Under the pieces are notes generated by a model. The model made no database searches, was not told where the DNA came from, and saw nothing but the letters and a program-made list of their open reading frames with translations. This document shows, one piece after another, positions 24,451-35,749 of a DNA stretch of 41,225 nt (within the stretch, counting starts at the first letter, position 1; every line of letters begins with the position of its first letter). This DNA is from Chiloscyllium plagiosum (taxonomy: Eukaryota), in contig NW_025214654.1 of the NCBI RefSeq assembly GCF_004010195.1, forward strand, positions 1 to 41,225, written 5' to 3'. The position numbers and the translations under genes were made by a program.

Positions 24451-25059
24451 CATAAGACTGTTCATATGTGTGCACCATACTCAGAATGAACAAGAGAGAC
24501 ATATTTAACAAAATGATGCATGTGATGTACAAAATTTATAAAACTTTAACATGTTATTTAATCTTCAGCTGAGATGTTATGTTCCCCTTCTTACAATGTA
24601 CACTCTGCCTCCTGCCACTTCCTTGCATTCCCAGACCTAATCTCTAATTCTAATCAGGATGTATGTTATAAATTTCTGCTTCTTGAGTTCCAATTTATTT
24701 CAGTTAATCAATTTTCTACCGGGAAACATATACATTGGCCTGCTGGTTCTGTCAACAGCTGTTGCCTGTCATATTGATGGAGATAAAAGTTCTGGCATCA
24801 GACTCACATTTCAACATACTATTCTGTTGCACATACACTGTACAAAGGACCTCAACACACAGGAATTGTCAAATCAAATACAGAAGTACATCTATATCTA
24901 TCAGTCATGTAGACGTCTCCATTTTTATATTTCCATGTCTATATTCTCTCTCTCTGTCTCTCGATTTCTCTTTTAATCTAATTAATAAATCGTCCAGTCG
25001 TTCTTTCTGTCCCATGCCTCAGACTTCCCTCCTTCTGTTTACATCTATTGCTCACTTTT

Positions 25060-25930
25060 GAATGTGATGTCTTATAATTGAGTAATGTAACTACAAGACA
25101 TGAGGGAGCAGTTAGCAAGAGTTAGTTGGAAGCTGAAGCTGAGCACGGGAAGATGGTGAAGCAACAATGGCAGAGGTATCTGGAGATAATTCAACAACAC
25201 ATCAGAAACGCACCCCCAGGAAGAAGAACAATATTCAGCAGAAGACAAGTCAGCCGTGAGTGATAACGAAAGCATAAAAACAAAAGAAAGTACCCGCAAT
25301 ATGGTGAAGATTATTGGGAATCCAAAGGATTACGAAGTCTACAAATTCCAGCACGGATAGCTAATAACAGCAAAAGGGAGGAGAGGGTGAAATATAATAT
25401 TAAGCTTCTTAATCGTGTAAAAGAATATGGAAAGCGATTTTTAGATTTATAACAAGGAAGACAGTGAGTAAAAAACAAACAAAGGACTGTTGGAAAATGA
25501 GATTTGAGTATTTATGGGAAGCAATGGAATGGCAGAGGAATTGAATAGATACTTTACATCAGTCTTCACGACGAAGACACCAGCAAAATGTCAGAACTTC
25601 AAGACAGTCAGGGTATAGAGGTGAGTATACTGACTTCAGTAAGGAAAAGGTGCTAGGGAAGGTGAAGTTGAATCAATCAGCGATACCAGTTGGACAACAG
25701 CTCGTACTTCTAAAGAGATATCGAAGGTAATTGTGGAGGCATTGCTGGTGATCTTTCAGGAAACTTTGGAGAGAGGGAGGACTGGTAAATGTAACCTCAC
25801 CATATAAGAAGAGAGGGACACAGAAGACAGGAAATTATAGAAGGACTTATTGGATCTTGGGGTTTATGAATAGATGTGTGGAGTATAAGAACAAGGAAGT
25901 TGTGAAGCATATTGGAAATAGTGTGATTAA
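25060..25930 (+). mobile_element. old CR1 ORF2 fragment
   Basis: aatggcagaggaattgaatagatactttacatcagtcttcacg (MAEELNRYFTSVFT) and aagacaggaaattatag (KTGNYR). Confidence 0.8.
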
Positions 25931-26174
25931 GCTACAGCATAACAAGAGTTACAATTACAATGCCACTGCAGTGATGAAAGTATGGTTAAAACAAAGGAAA
26001 TCAGTTCGAAGCAGACAGGAGCATTAGTTACAAAAAGACTGTTTTCTAGATCCTGCATTGAGAATGTTGCGATAAGCTTGTGAGTAAACAGACAACAAGG
26101 AATGCATAAAAAGCACAATAAAATCTGTTGCTGATAAGGTCTCAACGTGCAACTATATAGCCAATACATATGAA

Positions 26175-26720
26175 GCTGAAAAAGCAAAGCAAGTGAGACA
26201 GCATCCTAGGAAGAGGAAAGTCAACGTTTCAGGCTGAAACACTTTATCAGGATTGGGGTGGGAAAGGGGAGCCGGGAAGTAAATAGAGGGAGGGCCGTGG
26301 GGCTGGTGGAAGAGTAGGCGATGGGGGATGCAGGCAGGGAATTATTGTGATTGGTCAGTGGGAAGGGTGCAACAGATATACGAATGGGAAGATGGACAGC
26401 TTTGGTCAGGTCAGGGAAGGGGACATGGGTAAGACTGTGGGTAGAGAAATTTGAAGCCAGTGAAATCAATATTGAGACCATTGAGCTGTAAGGTCTCCAG
26501 CTGAAATATCAAGTTGTGTTCCCCAGTTTCTGTTTGGCTTCACTCTGAAAGTGGTGGAGCCCAAAGATGGACCTGTTGCTGGATGAGCAAGGGGAGGGGA
26601 GTGATTGAAATGGATGGCAACTGGAATGCTGAGTTTGTTAAAGCGTGCAGAGAGCATATGCTCCATGAATATGTCCCTGAGTCTCCCTTTCGTCTCCACA
26701 ACATAGAGGAGACCACATTG
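26175..26720 (-). mobile_element. Penelope-like element 3' end (GIY-YIG endonuclease tail)
   Basis: LYVMETKGRLRDIFMEHMLSARFNKLSIPVAIHFN resembles YVGETKRRLGDRFAEH...PVAxHFN; it ends in the terminal repeat with a decayed CTGATAA...GAAACGTT core. Confidence 0.8.
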
Positions 26721-26739
26721 GGAGTTGGAGACGAGCTCG

Positions 26740-27230
26740 GTGGGCCAGGATCAGGCTCTGTGTGGAGTATTAGTGCTCTGCACGAAACAACTAACCCGAC
26801 TTTCCAGTTACCATTCATTTTAATTTCCACTCCCACTCGCCCGGCGACATGCCCATCCTTAGCTTGTCCACCGTTAGAGGAACACCACCTGAGAGTTTAC
26901 CTTTGAAGCTGATAGCCCAATGACCTGAATATTGACTGAAGCCACTTCAAAAGCCCTCACCCACAGCCTTATCCCATGTCCCTTTTCACTGACCAGACAC
27001 ACATGTATCTGCTCCATCCTTCCCACTGACCAATCACAGTAACCTCATACCTGCATGTGCCTACCACCATCATACCTACCCGCCACCCTTCCATATCCCA
27101 TCACTCCATTTCTGGGCTCCCCTGGTCCTCATCAAACCTGACGAAACGTCCAAGATCAAAATAGTGTGTTTGCTGCTCCTCTGATTCTGCTGGTCTGCTG
27201 TGTTTATCCAGCTCCAAGTTTATTAACTCT
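26740..27230 (+). mobile_element. Penelope-like element 3' end, inverted partner
   Basis: PDFPVTIHFNFHSHSPGDMPILS...LEEHHL...PNDLNID, then a pyrimidine-rich UTR and terminal repeat. Confidence 0.7.
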
Positions 27231-27399
27231 GGCCTCCCTCACCTATAGTACTTCCTCTCTCCAAGCTGTGGAGCTAGGTGGTCTAGATATAAGAAGAAAT
27301 AAATTTGGACATTTGAAAAGATCGCGGACACATTCGTTATGTCATAACAACCCAATACACACCTTCTAGATGAAGCAGCATTTAATTTGTACTCTTTCA

Positions 27400-28900
27400 A
27401 TCCAGTCTCCTGTCATTGCTGCTCACAATGCAGTCTCCTTTACATTGGGGAGATCAAACAGAAACTGTTTTGAGGAAAACTCCCACTCTGTCTGTGGGAA
27501 TAACCCTGACCTTCTCATTGTTTCCCATTTCAATAAAGTACCTTCCTGTCATGCTAACATTTCAGTCCTGAGCTGCTGTAATGCTCCAATGAAGCACAAC
27601 TCAGCCTCGAGTAACACCTCACTTTAGACCTTGGTACGTTCTGTCCTGAAGTAGTTTTTTATTCAATTCCATACTTCCACCGCCTGACCACATTATGGCT
27701 GTTCTCCATTCTTCACACATTCTTTCTCCTGGTCTCCCAATAGAACATAGAACATAGAACATAGTTTGTCTTGCACTTAATTAAGGAACCCACTTCCCCC
27801 CTTCACAATCTAATTAATACTCATTTTACATTTGATTCTGTTTTACCAGAAATAAAAGTCAATTTGTCAATGGCATTGCTCCTCCACACCATCTTGTTTC
27901 CCGTCACCCCTCCTCTACCTCGGTCAAGGGAGTTAAAAGCCCATTTTCCAATCCTTTCCTGTTCTGAAGAGGAGTCACACTGGACTTGAAATGCTAACTG
28001 TGTTTCTCTCTCTCCGCAGATGCTGCCAGATCTGCTGTGTTTCTCCAGAAATGAAAAAAAAGCACATTTTCAATTAAACAAATAACTCTGGATATCCGGA
28101 ACTCAATTCCTCTACCAATAAAAGCCAGTACGCCATATGCCTTCTTCACTGCACTATTTACCTGGGTGGCAACTTTCAGAGATCTGTGTACATGGACACC
28201 AAGATCCCTCTGCTCATCCACACTACCAAGTATCCGACCATTAGCCCAGTACCCCATCTTTTTGTTATTCTTCCCAAAGTGAATCACCTCACACTTAGCT
28301 ACATTGCATTCCATTTGCCACCTTTCTGCCCAGCTCTGCAGCTTTTCTATATCCTGCTGTAACCTGCCACATCCTTCCTCACTGTCAACAACTTCTCCGA
28401 CTTTCGTATCATCCGCAAACTTTCTCACCCAACCTTCTAACCCCTCTTCCAGGTCATTTATAAAAATGACAAACAGCAATGGTCCCAAAACAGATCCTTG
28501 TGGAACACCGCTAGTGACGGCACTCCATGAAGAAACTTTGCCATGATCTTGCCCTGTTTGTGAATCGTTTGTCTTGCACTTAATTAAGGAACCCATTCTC
28601 ACCCCCTTCACAATTTAATTAATACTCATTTTACATTTGATTCTGTTTTACCAGAAATAAAAGTCAATTTGTCAGTGGCATTGCTCCTCCACACGATCTT
28701 GTTTCCCATCACCCATCCTCTACCTCGGTCAAGGGAGTTAAAAGCCCATTTTCCAATCCATTTCTGTTCTGAAGAGGAGTCACACTGGACTTGAAATGCT
28801 AACTGTGTTTCTCTCTCTCCGCAGATGCTGCTAGATCTGCTGTGTTTCTCCAGAAATGAAAAAAAAGCAGATTTTCAATTAAACAAATAATTTTGGATAC
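27400..28900 (+). mobile_element. third Penelope-like 3' fragment, disrupted by a CR1 insertion and duplication
   Basis: ctttacattggg-agatcaaac (LYIGE.K), PDLLIVSHFN; terminal CTGAAGA-G-GAGTC..GACTT-GAAA at 27964 and 28769. Confidence 0.7.
28095..28543 (-). mobile_element. young CR1 RT fragment, open frame
   Basis: VTSGVPQGSVLGPLLFVIFINDL...KFADDTK...QRDLGVHVHRSLK with no stops; detached (CTATGTT)n tail at 27740-27764. Confidence 0.95.
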
Positions 28901-29090
28901 TTGAAATCTGAAACGAGAACAAAAAAAAACCTGTGAGCCTTGAAAAATGGTCAGTGCACCCAAATGATTAAGTCTGCTTTCACTCCACTGAAGCTGCCAG
29001 AACTGCTTCATTTCTCTAGCAATTTCTGCTTTTCTCCACGTTTCAAAGACATGTGTCAACGTGGCTCAAATGCCCTGTTCACTGGAGCGC

Positions 29091-29153
29091 TATATACCGG
29101 GAAGTGAAAGATAACACAAGATGCACAATTTCCGTGTCTCTGAAATGACGTAA
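29091..29153 (-). promoter_or_regulatory. possible Pol II promoter motif cluster
   Basis: On the minus strand: TTACGTCA, GGAAATTGTGCAT, CTTTCACTTCC, then TATATAG, all within 63 bp of non-repeat DNA. Confidence 0.3.
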
Positions 29154-29349
29154 AGCTGGCATCACTGAAACTGCAGAGTTCTTACTGTTAGTCAGAGAGA
29201 GAAACAGAGGGACACGCATTCACTCTAAACAAAGAAGGTAGCACATACTGGAAAGGAAAGGATTCAGATGATTATGTTAAAGGGTGTTGTGCAATGAGAC
29301 AAATTGTAAGTGTGACACCATGGAGAGACCCTCAGTAGAATGAGAATAT

Positions 29350-30270
29350 AAAATTGGAAGTGTGCCACGTCAGAAACCAGAGTAGTTCATGGAGTACATG
29401 GCTGATGGGTGAGTGGGACTTGGTGTGAACTGGGGGCAGAACTGTATTGGAGATGTTGCAGCTCAAACTGCGTGTTCTACGTGATACTGTAGACCACAAC
29501 AGCAAAAGAAGCAAAATTATATTCAACCATAATCTGTAACTTTTTGCCTGGGATTATCCCTCAGTCTACCATTAACAATAAGCGAATCTATGCTTCAGGG
29601 ACGAGTGTGGTGAACATGCCAGGGCAGAACTATGTGTACCTAAAACTGATGGCAAACCATAAAGCTACCACACTTGACTGTTTACATTCCAAACAGCAGA
29701 ACTACCATCTGATAGGGAGGGCGGAATGATAGCAAGACCAACAGATGAGTTCGAAGCTCTACAGTCCTGCCAGATCCAATCGTTAATGGATCAAACAACG
29801 CACTGCAGGAGAGGACCCAACGCATGTCCCCTTCCTTAATAATGGAACAGCCCTGCACATCAGTGCAAAAGACAAGCATGTAGTTATCTGCGCCATACTC
29901 AGCCAGAAGTATTGAGTCAATGATCTACCTCACATCGTCAGGATGCCCATAGAATTACAGATGACAGTTTTCAAACAATCTGATTCGCTCTATGTGACAT
30001 GAAGCAACATCTGAACAGTAGATATGACAAAGGCAATGTACAACAAGCCATGTCCCTGGGGAAGCTGTTTCATTCCAATTCCAACTCTGACATCTATATG
30101 GCAATATGGAAAATTACTCAACTATGACAAGTCCCTTAAGAGGAGAATAATTACAGTATGACCAACATCACCCTCTCAATTCCATATTGACAGTCAAATT
30201 GTTGGGAGTTCTTTTTGACAGAGTTGTCAAGCAGCACAGAAATAAACTGCTCAGTGTAGTTTGCGACAGA
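29350..30270 (+). mobile_element. decayed CR1-group LINE (same family as 3110-3640, upstream part)
   Basis: Recognised by nucleotide resemblance only; heavily decayed. Confidence 0.55.
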
Positions 30271-30279
30271 TTACTATGT

Positions 30280-30720
30280 GGAGATGGAAATGTCACTGGA
30301 TTTCTAAACCAGACCAGGCTAATGCTCTGGCAGCTGGTGGAAGTTAATAACAATTAATAAAATATCGAGATCTAAAATCTTGAATCAGTAATAATGACCT
30401 TGAAGCCAATGTCAATTATAAACACCAATTTGCTTCCCCAATGTACTTTCAGGGAGTGAATCTCCCGTGTTTTCCTGGTCTGGCCTAAAAGTGACTCCAG
30501 ACACACAGTCATGTGATATACTCTTCAATGGTCTCTGAAATGGCCAAACAAGACACTCAATTGTATCAAACAGCTCCGAAATCTTAAAGGATAAATCCAT
30601 TCAGAACACCCGGCATCAGCTTCTACATCAGAAAAGGGAAACACAGACCTGTCAACACTGCAGAGGCCTCCTTCTTAACATCTGAGAGCTTGTGACAACA
30701 TTGACAGTGCTTATCCACAG
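30280..30720 (+). mobile_element. tRNA-headed SINE or LINE 5' repeat
   Basis: aatgtcactgga...ccaggctaatgctctgg...cctggtctggccta...gtgactccagac...ctctgaaatggcc, recalled as a common shark repeat. Confidence 0.55.
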
Positions 30721-31789
30721 ATTACATAGAAACCTTTGGAAAGGAGTAGGTCATTCAACATAGTGAGCCTCCCACGTTCTCATCATGGCCGAGAATCTCC
30801 TCAATGCATTTCTCCTACAGCAGACTGAGATATATTGCAATTAATTCCGTCAACCAAATGTTTGAGGTGTTTGCGAATAGCTGAGACCCAAGGGCCTAAT
30901 CCCGAGATACTCCACGAGCCTTCATCTCCAATAAAAAGATCCTTTTATTCCTGTTTTTCTGGTCCAGGTGCTTCTTTGCTGACCTGCTTTCTTTTTCTTA
31001 TTTTCTCCTCCACTTTTCTTTTTGTAATTTACTGACCTCAAGCTGGACCCAGCATTTGGAACTCAAGTTGAGCCCAGTGCGGAGGAGAGTGAGTCCTTAC
31101 TTACTTTTCCGGTGCAAGCACATGACCTGGAATTGGCAGCTGCAACATCAGCAGAGTCAATGTGAGTGAGATAGGGCCCAGAAGCAAAAGGTGATGCCTG
31201 AAGATTGGAGACATGTTGTTGATTGGGTCCTGCACTGGTTATGGTGAAGGGGATAGTGGAAGGCCATGATGGTAACATCGATGAGGTGGGCCCAGCAGTA
31301 AGAGACATATCTCTGACATTGGAATGGCCTGGCAGAGGAGATAATGAGCTGGTGATGGAGGAGTATCTGCCCAGTGGCAAAGATGGTTCCTGAGGAACAG
31401 AAACTTCAATGTTTCTGGGGTCTGGTATAGATGGGGATGAAGCTGTCATGAAGGGGTTGGGTTGCAGGAGTGGTCGATGATGAGGAGCTGTCTCACAACC
31501 CATAAACTCTCTTCAGGCTGTATCCTCTGTTTATTCCATTGTCTTCAATTATTCAAAATGGCACCACTTTGTGGCAACAAGTGAAAGCATTTCACTGTAT
31601 TTTATTGTATTTATCCTGGAAAATACACCTGGTCATAAAATCAAAATCAAAAACTTTTACTCACTCTTTCCTGCCAGCTGTCCCATTCTGTAACTATGTC
31701 CAAATATTTGCCACAATCGCATAAGATTTGATTTTGCACACTGGGCTTGGGACTTCAGCAAAACTCTTTCTGGAAATCCCCCTCGTAAC

Positions 31790-33555
31790 TTATCCTTGTG
31801 AATCACCTCTCTCTCAGCCTTCTCTGCTCCAAAGTAAACAACCCGAGCTTATCCAGCCTCTCTCCATAGCTGATATGCTCCATCCCAGGGAGCATCCTGG
31901 TGAATCTCCTCTGTACCCCTCCACTACAATCACATCCTTCCTGCAATATGGCTCCCAGAACTACGCACAGTGTTCCAACATGGCCTAACCATTGACTTGT
32001 ATAGCTCTGACAATCTATACGTCGGTGAATGAAGGCTCTGCCTACGGTTCACTCTGCCTTATTAACTAATGTATTAACCTCAGTCAAAAAGTATATTGCT
32101 GGAAAAGCACAGCAGATCAGCCAACATCCGAGAGGCAGGAAAGTCGACTTTTTGAGAATATGCTTCACATCAGGAATGTGGCCACCAATCCTGATAAAAA
32201 CCTTATGATCAAAACATCGACTCTCCTACTCCTTGCATGCTGCTTGACTGACTGTGCTTTACAAGAACTACACTTCTTGATTCTGATCTCAAACATCTGC
32301 AGTCCTCATTTCTTTCCCCTAACCTATTACCCTGTGCCGTCACATTCAGGGATCTGTGGAGGAACACCCTCTCAGCTTCTTAGTGTGTTGCAATTCATTG
32401 TATACCCCCATTTTTGTTTCCTTCTTCCAAAGTGCATTACCACATGTTTATCGGGGTTACATTCAAGCTGACTATCTGACCATTCCATCTGTATCTTTCT
32501 GTAACATAAGGCCTTCCTCCTCACTGCCAACCACCCCGCCAATATTTGTGTCAAATACAAACTTAATTAGCACACTCCCTCACACCACCCCCACCCCGCT
32601 AACACATTCACATTTATGAATACCACAAATAATAAGATACACTGCACTGATCCCTGTGGTACATCAGGGAACATCGGTCTCCAGTCACACAAACAGCCTT
32701 CCTCCACCATCCTCAGTCTCCTGCGAATAAGATAATGTTTGATGTAACTCACTAAGCTACCCTGACTTCTTTTTTTATCAGTTTCACATATGGGGCTTGT
32801 CAAAGGTCTTGCTGAAAAACCAAAAGAACAACATGCTCGGAAACAGGCAATAACATTCACTTGGAATGACTTCCCTCCTATGATGTCATGCTGACTCCCC
32901 CTGGTCAAACCTTGCCTCTGCAAATAGAGAAAACCTTGCCTCTGCAAATAGAGATAAATTTTCTCCTTTCTTATTTTCTCCAGTACTTGCCCGAACACGG
33001 ATCTAAAACTGACTGGTTAACAGTCAGTCTATTTACACCATCCTTCCTGTAAAGTGGGACCATATTCGTTGTTCTCCAGTCATCTGGCAACTCCAACTTC
33101 CCTGTGGTCAGATTTGACTTAAACATTTGAGTCTCTAACAGCAGCCTGTACTTCAACTTATCCAGACCTGGCAATCAGTCCAATTTTATACCAGCCAAGG
33201 CCTCCAATCCCTGCTCCCATCTTATATCAGTCTGTTCAAGAGCTTCCCAATCCATCTTCTTGAATTCTGTCCCTGCATCCTCCCTCTCCAAGTAAAATAG
33301 ATATGGAACTCTCATGTAACGATCGATCAATGTTCTCCAGCTTCGCACACAGAGTGCTCCCTTGGTCTCTAATGGGCCCTAGTTGTGTCCTGGTTATTCT
33401 GTTCCGATTGATATACGTGGACAACATCTTGGGATTCTCCCTAACCTTGCCTGGGAACACTTCTCCATGCCCCTGTGTCAGTCCGTCTCTCTGTGTGAAT
33501 TTTCTAAGCTTCACTGCGATCTCATTTCATTTTTGGCAATCACTGGAGAACACAA
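31790..33555 (-). mobile_element. CR1 LINE, antisense, with nested hairpin repeat
   Basis: LPDDWRTTNMVPLYRK, DVPQGSV, CNPDKHVVMHFGR; 24-bp duplication at 32907-32954. Confidence 0.85.
32085..32320. mobile_element. older, diverged copy of the Penelope-derived palindrome
   Basis: ttgctggaaaagcacagcag...catcagg / cctgata...catctgcagtcctca shows the same layout as 10830-11049. Confidence 0.75.
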
Positions 33556-34999
33556 ACTGAATTTCTCCATCAGTTAATCTTGCCTCTAATAAGATTGGCA
33601 TGAAAGTAACTGTTTAACTACTCTGTAATTTCCAAGTTCTCTGCAAGAAACTATCGTGTTTGGATATTCCCCATTCCACACGTGTCCTTGCCTTCACTTT
33701 CCCATCAAGTATCGAGAGAAGCATTTGGTCATCCCAATGTTTCCTTTTAGTTTGCATTTTTTTTTATTATTTAATTATCCGTTCAGTGGTCCTCAAATGT
33801 CTCTGAATCCATGGCTTACAACAATATCTGACAATTTCCGGAGCTGCTTCCTTTGATCTAATGCAATCTTTAACTTATTTTGTTAACTATTGTTAAGTCA
33901 CCTTACCCCTTTGCTGATTGAACTGTGGTGGACATGTGTATATTGTACATTCTAAGGTATTTATTTAAACAATAACGATTGCCTGTCTTCCAGTAAATCT
34001 TTTTCATGTACTTCTCCAATTCACTGAATCTAATTTTAGCCTCACACTTTCGTGAATTGCATGACTCAGGTTTATAACCACAGTTTCAAAAATAACTGGT
34101 TTGCTTTCAGACATCATATAAAATTCAACATATTATAAATACTATTCCCGAAATCTCCTTTTCAGCAGGGTTTTCAATTAGCTCTTCTGATCACATAATA
34201 TCATTTTCAAATGATCCTCACTCTACCTCAGTACTCAACATACTGTTAAAGGAAACCACCTCAAATACGCTAATGAAATCCATTTTCCCAGCATTATTAT
34301 TCACGTGGATTACCACAGTTTAGATGTACCTTGAAACTGTTCATTTTTACTGCGGTACCCACAAACCTGGATATCTAGTTTCCTTTTTTATATCATACCC
34401 AACATTTGTATTGCAACTTTCACTTTGACATATAACTTCCATCAATCTTTTCTTCTCCTTGCTGTTCCTAAGCTTCACCTTACTAGATTCTGTGGAATCT
34501 GAGTGATGTGGCCTCTGGAGAGATTAATGGTAGATTCAGGTGAGATATTTGGTGAAGCCTATTTGGACGTTGAGATAATCTTGTCACGTTATTCATTATT
34601 CTCAAGTGTTATTATGACATTTTCACCAGATCCCCCGTTATGCTGGTGGAGTAGAGAAGGACAATGATCTTTCAACAATGCTATGCTTTCACCCAGACAG
34701 CTGAGACTGCTCTAACCTAGGTGGGAACCTTACAGCAGGCTGGTAAAGTGTTGCTGATATTGTACAGGATCTTAATCAGATCACATCTGGAGTAGTGTGT
34801 ACAGATTTAGTCTCCTCACTGAAGAAACGATATTGCTATATTGGAAGCAGATCAGAGATGCTTCCTACAACTGATTCCTGCAATGAAGCGGTTAACTTAC
34901 AAGGAAAGGTTTATCAGGTTGATCCAATACGCATTAAAGTTTACAAGAATGAAAGATGACCTTATTTTTACATAGAACACCGGAAAGAATCCACAACAG

Positions 35000-35730
35000 A
35001 AGCCAATTACAGAGCCAATTCCACTTATCCAGCCTGTAACACAGGAACAGCAGAATGATATTCAGGCCTTCGACTCTTTTACACCAAAATAGGACGAGGT
35101 TATTCAGCCCCTGGAGCCTGATATACAATTACAGGAGACGGCTAATCAGCCCCTCGAGTCGACAACACTGCACGCACAGTAGGCCTTGAGGCACCAGTAT
35201 CCTGTTATGCAGCAGCAGAACCAGTCGATTCAGCCTCCTCAATCTCTATCACAGGAACTGAAAGAGATTGGTACACGAGACTAACAGAAGGCCATTCAGC
35301 ACGAGAACTAAAGAAGGAGATACAATTATTTGAGACTTGTGATGGAAAGGTGCAGGCAATTCACCCATGTTTCTGTTGTATCTGAACAGGAGGAGACAAA
35401 TGCAGGAGTTATTGTTCAGTATCTCGAGCCTGTTGTGAAGGAATATGAAGAGACCGTTCAGCCCCTCAAAATGTTGTACAGCAACAGGAAGATTTCACAA
35501 TCCCTCGGGCTTCTGGCATATTATCAGGAGGAGGAGAAGCAGATTTTGAATCTGTAAATCAGGACATTCCGGCCAGTGAGTCTATAATGTAGGAATACCA
35601 TGGGGACATTCAGCCCATTGAGTGTATAAACCAGGAACTGAGTGACTCCATTCAGACACTCATGTCTATTACACAGCGATTGGAGCATATCTTTTAAAGC
35701 GTTGTGCCTGTTACACAAGAACATGGGTAA
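35000..35730. repeat. degenerate satellite with a unit of about 40 bp
   Basis: Recurring caggagNNgccattcagcccctcgagcctgtt-like units. Confidence 0.75.
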
Positions 35731-35749
35731 GGGAACGTAGAGGTTACAA

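Noticed and set aside
24574..24777. PAGSVNSCCLSY, resembling a CC chemokine start
   Set aside because: An immediate stop, no later cysteines in register and no splice support.
25927..26187. Minus-strand ORF with a CC...C...C pattern
   Set aside because: Cysteine spacing and composition do not fit a chemokine, and the apparent acceptor lies in a Penelope terminus.
27994..28611. 205-aa RT ORF as a functional or retron-type reverse transcriptase
   Set aside because: It is a fragment of ordinary CR1 ORF2 fused to flanking non-coding sequence.
34490..34720. Possible ancient Deu-domain SINE, antisense (also about 230-350)
   Set aside because: The resemblance is too degraded to support by eye.
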